Of a stretch of 64,000 nt of DNA, positions 38,032 through 48,016 are shown one piece after another (positions within the stretch are counted from its first letter, which is position 1; the number at the start of each line of letters is the position of its first letter). Where the stretch lies: contig CBFHXG010000009.1 in NCBI GenBank assembly GCA_965659725.1, positions 1,391 to 65,390 on the forward strand, given 5' to 3'. The position numbers and the translations under genes are program-made. The stretch is from Phaeocystidibacter sp. (GTDB lineage: Bacteria; Bacteroidota; Bacteroidia; Flavobacteriales; Schleiferiaceae). The notes under the pieces are model-generated. The model had not been told where the DNA came from, did not search any database, and was given only the letters and a program-made list of their open reading frames with translations.

Positions 38032-38589
38032 TAGAGTGTTAGGGTGTTAGGGTGTTAGGGTGTTAGGGTGTTAAAGTTACTTGAGATTCGACAACCTCAA
38101 ATCTCAATTCTTCACCTTGTGGGTTTTAAACCCAAGTATTATGTCATTATTTGCAAAAACCATAGAAGAGTTGCATTGTTGGCAAGCGGCTCGCAACCTG
38201 GTGGTAATGGTAGATGACCTTATCAGAATGAACCCCGCTCTCAGCAAAAATTATAACCTTAAAGATCAACTCTTTCGTGCGAGTTTAAGTGTTATGAACA
38301 ACATAGCTGAGGGTTTTGGTAGATACCACAAGAAAGAGTTCATGCGATTCCTGGACATTGCCAAAGCGAGCTGCGTAGAGGTTGAAAGTATGTCTTACGT
38401 ACTGGCAGACCTGAAGCTTATTGAAGCTTCTGAAAGTGTTGAGCTCAAGAAGCAAATCACTATTACAAAACGTAAAACTGCAGGGCTGCTAGCTCATCTT
38501 TACAGGACCAATGAAAGCCAACAGACTGCCAAAACCGCAGAGTGATAGGTTAAACACTAACTCTAACACCTTAACACTCTAACACTCTA
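38032..38589. mobile_element. Putative IVS-like cassette: four-helix-bundle gene between 30-bp inverted octamer arrays
   Basis: 38032-38061 complementary to 38560-38589 (27 Watson-Crick + 3 G-U); lies antisense inside a minus-strand operon. Confidence 0.6.
38141..38545 (+). CDS. Four helix bundle protein (23S rRNA IVS protein / TIGR02436-like, Avd-related)
   Basis: EL.CWQ.A, QL.RAS.S...NIAEG.GR...KEF..FL.IA..S..E motifs; start MSLF. Confidence 0.92.
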   Translation: MSLFAKTIEELHCWQAARNLVVMVDDLIRMNPALSKNYNLKDQLFRASLSVMNNIAEGFGRYHKKEFMRFLDIAKASCVEVESMSYVLADLKLIEASESVELKKQITITKRKTAGLLAHLYRTNESQQTAKTAE

Positions 38590-39360
38590 TCCAAACTCCG
38601 GCTTCCTCTTCTCCAAAAAGGCCGCCGTCCCTTCCTTGAATTCATCGGTACCAAAAGCTTCGCCAAAGGCGTTGATCTCCGCCTCAAATCCATTCTCACC
38701 GTGAGCAAAACCAGCATTCACAGCCTTCATTGCTGCGCCAATAGCAACACCGCTGTTCTTAGCTATTTTGGAAGCGATCTCAGTACACTTCTCCATGAGT
38801 TCGTCCATGGACACCACGTGGTTAACCAAACCCCATTTGAGGCCTTCATTCGCATCGATCATGCCTGCGGTAGTGATCATTTCCATGGCCTTGCCCTTGC
38901 CTACCAGCTGAGCAAGTCGCTGTGTGCCTCCATAACCCGGAATAACTCCTAAGGTCACTTCGGGAAGTCCCATTCTCGCATTGTCCGATGCCACACGTAT
39001 ATGGCAGCTCATAGCGAGTTCTAGTCCGCCGCCCAACGCAAAGCCATTGACTGCAGCGATCACGGGCTTGCTGAGGTTCTCGATCAAGTTGAAGAGCGTT
39101 TCGTGTCCCTTTCTGGCCAGTTGCTTTCCTTCCTCAACCGAGTAGTTGGCAAACTCCTTGATGTCTGCTCCCGCAACAAACGACTTTTCTCCAGAGCCTG
39201 TCAAGATGATAGCGCGAACATCGGAAGCTGCTTCGAGTTCCTGCATAGTCTTGCTCAAGGCTGCAATGGTGTCGCCATTCAATGCATTGAGCTGCTTAGG
39301 TCTGTTTATAGTTACCGTGGCAATTCGGTCTTTCTTCTCAATAAGAACGAGTTCTTCCAT
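38587..39360 (-). CDS. Enoyl-CoA hydratase/isomerase (crotonase)
   Basis: AGADI, ALGGGLELA..C, PEVTLG..PG.GGTQ. Confidence 0.93.
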   Translation of the reverse strand: MEELVLIEKKDRIATVTINRPKQLNALNGDTIAALSKTMQELEAASDVRAIILTGSGEKSFVAGADIKEFANYSVEEGKQLARKGHETLFNLIENLSKPVIAAVNGFALGGGLELAMSCHIRVASDNARMGLPEVTLGVIPGYGGTQRLAQLVGKGKAMEMITTAGMIDANEGLKWGLVNHVVSMDELMEKCTEIASKIAKNSGVAIGAAMKAVNAGFAHGENGFEAEINAFGEAFGTDEFKEGTAAFLEKRKPEFG

Positions 39361-39368
39361 GGGATATA

Positions 39369-40070
39369 TTATTGTTCAGATTCAGGCGCTAAGATCGCAA
39401 AACGAACTGTGACAGACATGGAAATCGTTTCTTTTCCAGGCGCAACAGATGGGCCTGAAGAGTCTTCGCGAGCCATAACTCCATCCATATAGGCCAGGTT
39501 TGCATACGGCATTGGCGAACCAGGTGATGATTCAATAAAACTTTGTGCTATACCCAACTCAACACCCAATTCTTCCGCAATTACCTGTGCCTTCTCTTTC
39601 GCTACTCGGATCGCTTCTGTTCGTAGCTCGGTCTTTACCTCATCGCTCTTGGAATATCGAAATCTACCCATGGACAAGTTCTCCACACCGAAGCCGATCA
39701 GCTTACTCACTATTTCAGGGTATTTCTCAAAGTCATTGACCGTCAAATGAAATGATTGCGAAGCAACGAACCCTACTCGATACTGCTCACCATTCCTGTA
39801 CTCCTTCCTCTCTCGAAGGCTCGCTTGTTCCGACGAGAATTCACACGCTTCCTCTAGGCCGTTCAAATAGGCAATGATAGAGCGACTCTTACCCTCGTTT
39901 TCCTCGAAGGCCGTCTTCACATCATCCGCTTCCGATACTACGATGAATTGAATACTCATTTCGTCGGGCTCCATGCTGCGAGTTACGGTTCCTGTGACTG
40001 TAATTCCTTCCATTTGGGCATAGGCTGATAAGCCCATTACCAGTGTAAGTGCAAGAATTAGTTTTTTCAT
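39369..40070 (-). CDS. SIMPL (DUF541) domain protein
   Basis: ITVTG, EA...A..KA...A..LG and PG...I...V.V.F motifs. Confidence 0.88.
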   Translation of the reverse strand: MKKLILALTLVMGLSAYAQMEGITVTGTVTRSMEPDEMSIQFIVVSEADDVKTAFEENEGKSRSIIAYLNGLEEACEFSSEQASLRERKEYRNGEQYRVGFVASQSFHLTVNDFEKYPEIVSKLIGFGVENLSMGRFRYSKSDEVKTELRTEAIRVAKEKAQVIAEELGVELGIAQSFIESSPGSPMPYANLAYMDGVMAREDSSGPSVAPGKETISMSVTVRFAILAPESEQ

Positions 40071-40081
40071 GATGTCGTTTT

Positions 40082-41521
40082 TTAATGATTGATGACCTTA
40101 GGTAGGTCTATGATGAATGTCGTGCCCTTTCCAACGGTAGATTCTAAAGTGATATCACCATTAAAGCCTTTTACGATATTCCGAACCATCGCCAAACCGA
40201 GGCCCATACCCTGCGTTTTGGTGGTGAAGCTTGGCTCAAAGATCTTTTCTCGCTTGTCGTCGGGTACACCAACTCCATTATCACGTACATAAAGTTGAAC
40301 GCGATCGCCTTCTGTGGCAAGGCAGCCCACGGTTATCTCTGGCGCTCTTCCTTCCGGAATGGCCTGCTCAGCATTGAGTATGAGATTATTCAGCACTCTA
40401 GTAAGTTGATCCTTATCACCGCTAATAGATAACTCTTCTTCCGGCAATTCTAGTCTAATGTTTTCATGAGCTGCACCAACTCTTTCGAGGAAAGCCTTGA
40501 GGTCGATGCTCTCTTGCTTCATTTCGGGCATGCTGGCGAAGCGAGAGAACGCCGTGGCAATATTGCTTAGCGCATCGATCTGTGCCAACATACTCTCCGT
40601 AAATTCCTTGAGCTTTTTTGGATCATCAACCTGAAGTTTCCGCTCTAACATTTGAACCGAGAGCCTCATGGGTGTTAATGGGTTCTTGATCTCATGCGCC
40701 ACCTGCTTGGCCATCTCCTTCCATGCTGTTTCACGTTCACTTTGCGCAAGTTTGATGGCATTTTGCTCGAGCTGGATCATCATCTTATTGTACTCATCCA
40801 CAAGCCTACCGATCTCATCATTGCTCGGCCATTGGATAGGCTCGTTGTATTTACCTAATTGAACTTCTCTCATTTTCCGGGCGATCACCGTAAGAGAGTG
40901 AGTGATATAGTTGGATAGGAAGTAGGCTAGCAATGCAGCGCCTATGAATAGGATAATATAGAGGGTAATAAGTGTCTCTAAGAACTCTACATCTTGGTCC
41001 GGAATCCTATCATTCTCAAAATAGGGAATGTTGAGGATCGCCAATTGCTCACCATCTGCAGATTCAACGTAGCTGTAGATCAGAAGTACATCCGTAGTGT
41101 CACCCGAAGGCATGATAAAGCGTTGCTCTCCCGATTCTATCCTTTCCAATATGTCTTCCGGAACCGACCTTTCCAATCGTCCTATTTCAAAAGAATGATT
41201 GTTATTGGTAATGATCAGCTTTCCTTCAGGAGTAAATAAGTTGATATCTAAGCTGTGCACATCTGCAAGCTCGCAGATCTTATCGCTAAAAAGAGAGGTG
41301 AGGCTATCTGTGTTTTGCTTTTCCGGATTGCTCTTTAAGAAATACCTGATATCATCTTCAATGGCCTTTTCCTTTCGCTTAAGTCGCTCTTGATGGTATT
41401 CCTCATTCTCTTCTTCAAAGTGATATAAAGAGATCAAACCTGTGAGTACAAAGCTCACTAGGATCATAAAGAGAAGAGAGATAAAGATGCGTGCCCTCAG
41501 GCTCAAATGGGGAAAGGTCAT
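40082..41521 (-). CDS. Membrane sensor histidine kinase with HAMP domain
   Basis: AHEIKNPLTP H-box, NL..NA, DNG.G, G.GLGL; start MTFPH. Confidence 0.93.
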   Translation of the reverse strand: MTFPHLSLRARIFISLLFMILVSFVLTGLISLYHFEEENEEYHQERLKRKEKAIEDDIRYFLKSNPEKQNTDSLTSLFSDKICELADVHSLDINLFTPEGKLIITNNNHSFEIGRLERSVPEDILERIESGEQRFIMPSGDTTDVLLIYSYVESADGEQLAILNIPYFENDRIPDQDVEFLETLITLYIILFIGAALLAYFLSNYITHSLTVIARKMREVQLGKYNEPIQWPSNDEIGRLVDEYNKMMIQLEQNAIKLAQSERETAWKEMAKQVAHEIKNPLTPMRLSVQMLERKLQVDDPKKLKEFTESMLAQIDALSNIATAFSRFASMPEMKQESIDLKAFLERVGAAHENIRLELPEEELSISGDKDQLTRVLNNLILNAEQAIPEGRAPEITVGCLATEGDRVQLYVRDNGVGVPDDKREKIFEPSFTTKTQGMGLGLAMVRNIVKGFNGDITLESTVGKGTTFIIDLPKVINH

Positions 41522-41570
41522 ATGTAAAGATGAGCAAAAATTGGACCGAGGGCAAGGGAGCGACATCTCC

Positions 41571-41606
41571 AAAAACAAAAAACCCCGACATCTCGCGACG
41601 TCGGGG
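41571..41606 (-). terminator. Terminator of the atp operon
   Basis: ccccgac-N10-gtcgggg with U-tract on the minus strand. Confidence 0.85.
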
Positions 41607-41636
41607 CCTTCTTGAACTTTCGTTCGAAACGTATCG

Positions 41637-42500
41637 TCAACCGTTAAGTGCTTCTGCACCACCAACGATCTCGAGAATCTCATTGGTAATGGCAGCCTGA
41701 CGGGCTTTGTTATAGTCCAAGGTAAGCTGTCCTTTAAGCTCGCTCGCGTTGTCTGTTGCCTTGTGCATGGCAGTCATACGCGCACCGTGCTCAGAAGCGT
41801 TGCTATCCAACAATGCCTTGAAGATCTGGATCTTCAATGACGTTGGGATTAAGTCTCCCAAGATCTCTTCCTTAGAAGGCTCGTAAATGTAATCTCCGCC
41901 ACCTGCAGCATCTCCGCTTTCCGCTGGAACAACTGGCAAGAATTGCTCTCTCGTAGGCACCTGCATTGCTGCGTTCTTGAAGTGATTATAAACCACCTCA
42001 ACGCGGTCCCAAGTACCATTCAAGAAGCCTTCCATAGCCTCTTCTGCGATCTCTGAAGCCGCCTCGAAGTTGAGGTCGTTCCAGATCGCGTTATTCTCAG
42101 AGTGAAGCATGTCGGTCTTGCGGTACGCGTCCCAAGCCTTCTTACCGATAGCTTTTACGTGAACCTTCACATTCTGACCTTGATACTCGCTTACGATACT
42201 CTTAGATAGCTTGAGAATGCTAGAGTTGAAAACACCGCACAATCCACGATTGGAGTTGACAACAATGAGCAAAACGTTCTTTGCCTGGCGCTCTTCCGCA
42301 TACATATTCTCAGATGCGTCGAGTGTTGCGCTTACATTGGAAAGAATGTCTTTCAACTTGTTAGCATAGGGACGCATTTGGGTAATGCCGTCCTGTGCCT
42401 TCTTCAGCTTCGCCGCAGATACCATCTTCATTGCTGAAGTGATCTGCATCGTAGAGCCGATGGAGACAATTCTATTGCGTAATTCTTTGAGGTTCGCCAT
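41637..42500 (-). CDS. atpG: F1 ATP synthase gamma subunit
   Basis: QITSAMKMVSAAKL, RGLCG, RQAAITNEILEI. Confidence 0.98.
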   Translation of the reverse strand: MANLKELRNRIVSIGSTMQITSAMKMVSAAKLKKAQDGITQMRPYANKLKDILSNVSATLDASENMYAEERQAKNVLLIVVNSNRGLCGVFNSSILKLSKSIVSEYQGQNVKVHVKAIGKKAWDAYRKTDMLHSENNAIWNDLNFEAASEIAEEAMEGFLNGTWDRVEVVYNHFKNAAMQVPTREQFLPVVPAESGDAAGGGDYIYEPSKEEILGDLIPTSLKIQIFKALLDSNASEHGARMTAMHKATDNASELKGQLTLDYNKARQAAITNEILEIVGGAEALNG

Positions 42501-42545
42501 GGAACGAGTGTTGTCCCGGTGCTTGCGCACCGGGATTATAACTTA

Positions 42546-44126
42546 TTATCCTTCGTAGTTTGGAAGCACTTCCTTCGCTGCAGCTTCAATAGCCTTGCTC
42601 TGGTCGTCTGTCCACTTGCCGTTAGAGATTTGCTCCAACGCATCAGCGTGCTTGCTCTCCATGTACTCAAGGAAGGCAACTTCAAAGTCACGCACCTTAT
42701 CAACAGGAACCTTGTTCAACATACCCTTTGTACCGAGGTAGATGATGGCTACCTGCTTCTCAACAGACAATGGTGAGTTTACAGATTGCTTCAAGATCTC
42801 CACGTTACGGCGACCCTTGTTGATAACCGCCATAGTAGCCGCATCAAGGTCAGAACCGAACTTCGCGAAGGCCTCAAGCTCACGGAACTGAGCCTGGTCG
42901 AGCTTCAATGTACCTGCAACTTTCTTCATCGGTTTGATCTGTGCAGAACCACCTACACGAGATACAGAGATACCAACGTTGATCGCAGGACGTACACCAG
43001 AGTTGAACAAGTCAGACTCCAAGAAGATCTGTCCGTCAGTGATCGAAATTACGTTCGTAGGAATGTATGCAGATACGTCACCCGCCTGCGTTTCGATAAT
43101 TGGAAGTGCAGTCAAAGAACCTCCACCCTTCACTTTGCCTTTCAAAGACTCAGGAAGGTCGTTCATTTGAGATGCAATGGTGTCGTCGGCAATCACCTTT
43201 GCAGCACGCTCAAGAAGACGGCTGTGTAGGTAGAATACATCACCAGGGTATGCTTCACGTCCTGGAGGACGACGAAGAAGAAGGGAAACCTCACGGTAAG
43301 CAACCGCCTGCTTAGAAAGGTCATCATAGATGATCAATGCAGGACGACCTGTGTCGCGGAAGTACTCACCGATAGCAGCACCAGCAAATGGAGCATAGAA
43401 CTGCATTGGAGCAGGGTCAGATGCGTTTGCCGCTACGATAGTAGTGTAGGCCATGGCACCTTTCTCTTCCAAGGTCTTAGCGATACCCGCTACAGTTGAA
43501 CCTTTCTGACCTACAGCTACGTAGATACAGTAAACCGGCTCACCCTTGTCATAGAATTCTTTTTGGTTCAAAATGGTGTCGATCGCCACGGTAGTTTTAC
43601 CCGTTTGGCGGTCGCCAATGATCAACTCACGCTGACCACGACCGATAGGGATCATCGCGTCGATAGACTTGATACCTGTTTGAAGTGGTTCATTTACCGG
43701 CTGACGGTAAATTACACCTGGAGCTTTACGCTCGAGTGGCATTTGGAACTTCTCACCTTCAAGTGGTCCTTTACCATCGATAGGGTTACCCAAAGTATCC
43801 ACTACACGTCCAAGCATTCCTTCACCTACCTCGATAGATGCGATCTTGCCAGTTCGCTTAACGGTTGATCCTTCTTTGATACCTTCAGCAGGACCGAGCA
43901 ATACGATACCTACGTTGTCTTCCTCGAGGTTGAGGACGATTCCTTGAAGGCCACTTTCGAACTCAACGAGTTCACCTGCTTGGGCGTTTTGGAGACCAAA
44001 TGCACGGGCGATACCGTCACCTACTTGGAGGATGGTTCCTACCTCTTGCATTTCAGTTTCGGAACTGAATCCAGAAAGTTGCTTGCGCAGGATAGCTGAA
44101 ATTTCAGCTGGCTTTACTTCTGCCAT
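42546..44126 (-). CDS. atpA: F1 ATP synthase alpha subunit
   Basis: [31 protein letters not shown]. Confidence 0.99.
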   Translation of the reverse strand: MAEVKPAEISAILRKQLSGFSSETEMQEVGTILQVGDGIARAFGLQNAQAGELVEFESGLQGIVLNLEEDNVGIVLLGPAEGIKEGSTVKRTGKIASIEVGEGMLGRVVDTLGNPIDGKGPLEGEKFQMPLERKAPGVIYRQPVNEPLQTGIKSIDAMIPIGRGQRELIIGDRQTGKTTVAIDTILNQKEFYDKGEPVYCIYVAVGQKGSTVAGIAKTLEEKGAMAYTTIVAANASDPAPMQFYAPFAGAAIGEYFRDTGRPALIIYDDLSKQAVAYREVSLLLRRPPGREAYPGDVFYLHSRLLERAAKVIADDTIASQMNDLPESLKGKVKGGGSLTALPIIETQAGDVSAYIPTNVISITDGQIFLESDLFNSGVRPAINVGISVSRVGGSAQIKPMKKVAGTLKLDQAQFRELEAFAKFGSDLDAATMAVINKGRRNVEILKQSVNSPLSVEKQVAIIYLGTKGMLNKVPVDKVRDFEVAFLEYMESKHADALEQISNGKWTDDQSKAIEAAAKEVLPNYEG

Positions 44127-44156
44127 GATTGACTTGCTTAAAGGGTTCTGCGCGGA

Positions 44157-44714
44157 TCAGAAATCCGCCACGTACAGATTGTCTTTGTATTGTTGTTTTA
44201 ACTCGTGCAATTTACCGGCAATGCTATTGTCGATCTGCTTGTCACCTACACGAAGGATGAATCCACCGATCAGGTTCTCATCAACCTTCTCAACCAATTC
44301 TACTTCGTTTCCAGTGGCACTCTTCACTAGCTCGCTCAGCTTCTCGCGTACCTCGTCGGTCAATTCAACCGAAGAAGTAACGGTAGCTTGGGTAATGCCC
44401 TTCGCCTTGAGGTACTTGGTGTGGAAGCTTTTGATCACTTCGCTTGTCATCGCCTCACGGCCATGATCTACCAATAGGTTGAGGAACATGATAACCATCT
44501 CAGAAAGCGCTTCACCAAAGATCTCTTTAAGGACCTTCTCTTTCTGGTGTGGCTTGATAACCGGGCTTGACAACAAGTTGCGTAGCTCGCGGCTTTCGCG
44601 GATAGAAGCACCCAATACGATAAGGTCTTCTTGCACACGGTCGAGCTCTTTGCGCTCAACGGCGAGATCTAGAAGGGCCTTGGCGTAACGATGTGCTGCT
44701 CTTGCGTTGCTCAT
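44157..44714 (-). CDS. atpH: ATP synthase delta subunit
   Basis: RYAKAL, LIGGF..VGD..D.S; operon position. Confidence 0.95.
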   Translation of the reverse strand: MSNARAAHRYAKALLDLAVERKELDRVQEDLIVLGASIRESRELRNLLSSPVIKPHQKEKVLKEIFGEALSEMVIMFLNLLVDHGREAMTSEVIKSFHTKYLKAKGITQATVTSSVELTDEVREKLSELVKSATGNEVELVEKVDENLIGGFILRVGDKQIDNSIAGKLHELKQQYKDNLYVADF

Positions 44715-44724
44715 TCGTTCCCGA

Positions 44725-45219
44725 TTAGTTCAATTTAACGTCGTCTACCATGCGCTCTACCATTTCGGTTTGAGCCTTTTGGTCTTTCAACTCAGCGCGA
44801 AGAATTTTCTCAGCCATCTCAATAGATAGAGAGGCTACTTGATTCTTCAATTCTGTGATGGCTGCCATCTTCTCATGCTCAATCTGCTCCATAGCAGAAG
44901 CGATGATCTTATCCGCCTCAGCCGAAGCAGCATCTTTAGCTTCAGAGATCGTCTTCTCCTTCATGGTACGCGCCTCTTTCAAGATCACGTCACGCTCCTC
45001 ACGAGCCTGCTTCAATAGTTTCTCATTATCAGCCTGAAGGTTTTCCATCTCAGCACGAGCCTTTTCAGCGCTCTTCAATGCATTCTCAATGGCTTCCTCA
45101 CGCGTCTTAACAGCGCCAAGGATAGGCTTCCATGCAAACTTGGCCAACAAGAATACCAAGAGAAGGAATACGATGGTGGTCCAAAAAATGAGACCTACAC
45201 CTGGAGTTACTAAATCCAT
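44725..45219 (-). CDS. atpF: F0 subunit b
   Basis: PG.GL.FW, KFAWKPI, coiled coil. Confidence 0.96.
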   Translation of the reverse strand: MDLVTPGVGLIFWTTIVFLLLVFLLAKFAWKPILGAVKTREEAIENALKSAEKARAEMENLQADNEKLLKQAREERDVILKEARTMKEKTISEAKDAASAEADKIIASAMEQIEHEKMAAITELKNQVASLSIEMAEKILRAELKDQKAQTEMVERMVDDVKLN

Positions 45220-45332
45220 CTAAATTGAAATTAAAGTCGTTTGTCGTTGATTCAGTTTAGAGATAAATCAAGGTCCGCAGCCAACCGCTACGTGACCTTG
45301 ATCAAATCTTAGTGCTTCTAAGCGTTGGTGAA

Positions 45333-45557
<225 letters not shown>

Positions 45558-45592
45558 TTAAAATGAATAAACAACGAAATTCTTACTGCTCA

Positions 45593-46813
45593 TTAATGAT
45601 GTCCATCGTCAACTGCCGCGCCAATAAACAAGGCGGTAAGCAAGGTGAAGATGTATGCTTGTAGGGCGGCAACCAACAACTCCAACACGCTGATGAACAA
45701 CGTCAAAGGAATAGAAAGTGCAGATACCCAAACTGAATTCAAGATGAAGATCAAGCCGATCAAACTCAATACGAGAATGTGACCCGCTGTGATGTTCGCA
45801 AACAAACGAAGCATCAATGCAAATGGCTTGGTGAAGATGCCTACGAACTCAACGATCGCCAACAAAGGACGAACCGCGAATGGTACGCCCGGCATCCAGA
45901 AAATGTGACCCCAGTAATGCTTGTTGCCGTTGATGTTTACCACCACAAAGGCAAATACAGCAAGTACCATGGTTACAGCAATGTTACCTGTAACGTTCGG
46001 TGAACCCAAAATTGGGATCAATCCAACCAAGTTGTTCAACCAGATGAAGAAGAAAATGGTCAACAAGAACGGAACAAAACGCTCGTAGTGCTTTCCACCG
46101 ATGTTCTCCTTCGCAATATCGTCACGCACAAATACAACCAATGGCTCCATAAAAGAGGCCAACTTACTCGGTGCAACAGCTCCATTCTTCTTGTAATAAC
46201 GGGCTGTAGATCCAAAGATCAAGAACAACAACACCGCTACAAGTAGCATGAAGAATACGTTCTTAGTAATAGAGAAGTCAAGCGGCGCAGCTTTGATCGG
46301 ATGACCATCGTGCATCTCGTAGAATCCTCCATGAGCGTTCGGCTCTTCAGAGGCGTAGTAGATCGTCCCATGGACATTAACAAAACGTTGTCCACCTGCC
46401 TCAACTACATGGTGACCCGTTTCGTCGTGGTGGAACTTGCTCGACATAAATGAAACAATGCCGTTGTCTGTATAGAGGATCACCGGAAGTGGAATGCTCA
46501 CTGCGTGCATCTCGCCATCCTCACCCTCGTAATCTGCAAGGTGAATGGAGTGCGCATCCGCAATGTGGTGCATGATCATCTCGTTCACATTGAAGCCTTC
46601 TTCATCGTGAGATTCCTCTCCGTGATGATCCGCTTCGTGATCATGACCATTTGCCTCGGCATGAGCGGCATGACCATCATGCGCTTCAGCGTGCTGTGCA
46701 GTGTCTCCCTCCGTTGTGGTCGCATGTTCGTTGTTCGAACCGTTCGCGAAACTCGCATTCCCGAAACCGAGAAGGGCAAGTGTAAGTGTCAGTAATACAG
46801 ACTTTTGTTGCAT
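45593..46813 (-). CDS. atpB: F0 subunit a with His-rich N-terminal extension
   Basis: FALMLRLFANITAGH, ELLVAALQAYIF. Confidence 0.97.
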   Translation of the reverse strand: MQQKSVLLTLTLALLGFGNASFANGSNNEHATTTEGDTAQHAEAHDGHAAHAEANGHDHEADHHGEESHDEEGFNVNEMIMHHIADAHSIHLADYEGEDGEMHAVSIPLPVILYTDNGIVSFMSSKFHHDETGHHVVEAGGQRFVNVHGTIYYASEEPNAHGGFYEMHDGHPIKAAPLDFSITKNVFFMLLVAVLLFLIFGSTARYYKKNGAVAPSKLASFMEPLVVFVRDDIAKENIGGKHYERFVPFLLTIFFFIWLNNLVGLIPILGSPNVTGNIAVTMVLAVFAFVVVNINGNKHYWGHIFWMPGVPFAVRPLLAIVEFVGIFTKPFALMLRLFANITAGHILVLSLIGLIFILNSVWVSALSIPLTLFISVLELLVAALQAYIFTLLTALFIGAAVDDGHH

Positions 46814-46863
46814 GTCTTAAATGCTCTCTATGATGTCCTTATGAGGCCGCTCAAAAATCGGTG

Positions 46864-46871
46864 CAAATGTA
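46864..46871 (-). promoter_or_regulatory. Sigma-A -7 element upstream of atpB
   Basis: TAcaTTTG on the minus strand. Confidence 0.55.
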
Positions 46872-47036
46872 GATATAAATCTTAGAAAGGAAAGGTTATA
46901 AACAATGATTTTTCACTTGTTAACAACTCGGTCTTTACCCTGCCAAGCTGCAGTTCTCGGTAAGCATCGAAAACTCAGGGATTCCCACCTTGGAGGTGGG
47001 TGCTATTGCCAAAAAGTTTGATGGAAATATCCTTGC

Positions 47037-47402
47037 TCAGCTTCTCAAGATCCGGAATACCCAGAAGAGTTCCACGATCAAGAATACGAAGTAAGGGATG
47101 ATGAAGTGCACCACAAAGAGCTTGCTCTCTGGTCCTCCTCCGAGAACAAATGGAATGATGAAGCTCAAGGCCACCAGCATTTTGATGGTGCTCCCCACCA
47201 AGAAGGATAGCCCTGCTTTATTCGGACTCTTCTTGTGAATGTTAGAAACCAGGATGTAAAGCCCAAGCGTCAACACGGTCAACAATAGGTACATCCACAA
47301 AAAGGAAAATCCCATCAGGGATTCAGATGAAATGAGCCAAGCGTGAAAGGCCGTTGCAAACACAGCCATAGCAAGGGTAAAGGTGATCGCTTTCTTTAAC
47401 AC
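47037..47402 (-). CDS. AtpI-like four-TM membrane protein
   Basis: Four hydrophobic helices; position upstream of atpB. Confidence 0.6.
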   Translation of the reverse strand: MLKKAITFTLAMAVFATAFHAWLISSESLMGFSFLWMYLLLTVLTLGLYILVSNIHKKSPNKAGLSFLVGSTIKMLVALSFIIPFVLGGGPESKLFVVHFIIPYFVFLIVELFWVFRILRS

Positions 47403-47412
47403 AGTTGGGTGG

Positions 47413-47634
47413 TTATTCGTCCTTATTGATGTTCTTCACCTCTCTGAACACGATGTACATTCCTGCAAAGACACCCAGTAGGCTAAGAACAACGGTAAGT
47501 ATAGGTTTGATATTCCAGAGCTCATCCAACTTGATCCCTCCATAAACGAAAAGGGCGATGGTTACTCCCATCTGTATGCCCATCCCGCTAAAACGGAGAT
47601 AAGGATTAAGCTGTTTCCTGGGATCTTTCTTCAT
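47413..47634 (-). CDS. AtpZ/AtpI family protein
   Basis: G.G.QMG.TI....GG..LD motif. Confidence 0.85.
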   Translation of the reverse strand: MKKDPRKQLNPYLRFSGMGIQMGVTIALFVYGGIKLDELWNIKPILTVVLSLLGVFAGMYIVFREVKNINKDE

Positions 47635-48016
47635 CTTTCTCAGATTCGCGCTTCATTTCACGTACAACGGCACCCATGTTGCACGTTCCGCTGAGCTGTG
47701 CACCTGGCTCTACAGAGAGTTTTCCGGTGGTCACATCACCTTCAACTACGGCTGTTTCTAGAAGTTGAAGAAGCTCCTTGACCTCAGCCTTACCCTTGAG
47801 TAAGCCCTGAATGCTCGCGTTGCCGCATATCACTTCTCCCTCTACCTTTCCTTTTTCGCCGATAACGAGCTTACCTGTAACGTTGACGTTGCCTTTCACA
47901 ACCCCATCGATACGGATATCTCCATTCGACTTCACATCACCCTCGATCTCGGTACCAATAAGGATACGGTTGCTGGCTTGTGCTTGCTCTGGATTCTTTT
48001 TCGCTGAAGTGATCAT
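47606..48016 (-). CDS. Bactofilin (polymer-forming cytoskeletal protein)
   Basis: I..GTEIEGD...G.IRIDG.V.G beta-helix repeats, L.VEPGA.L.G.C.M. Confidence 0.93.
   Translation of the reverse strand: MITSAKKNPEQAQASNRILIGTEIEGDVKSNGDIRIDGVVKGNVNVTGKLVIGEKGKVEGEVICGNASIQGLLKGKAEVKELLQLLETAVVEGDVTTGKLSVEPGAQLSGTCNMGAVVREMKRESEKDEERSQETA

Noticed and set aside
38081-38545. Diversity-generating retroelement
   Set aside because: The ORF is Avd-related, but there is no reverse transcriptase or TR/VR pair in the window
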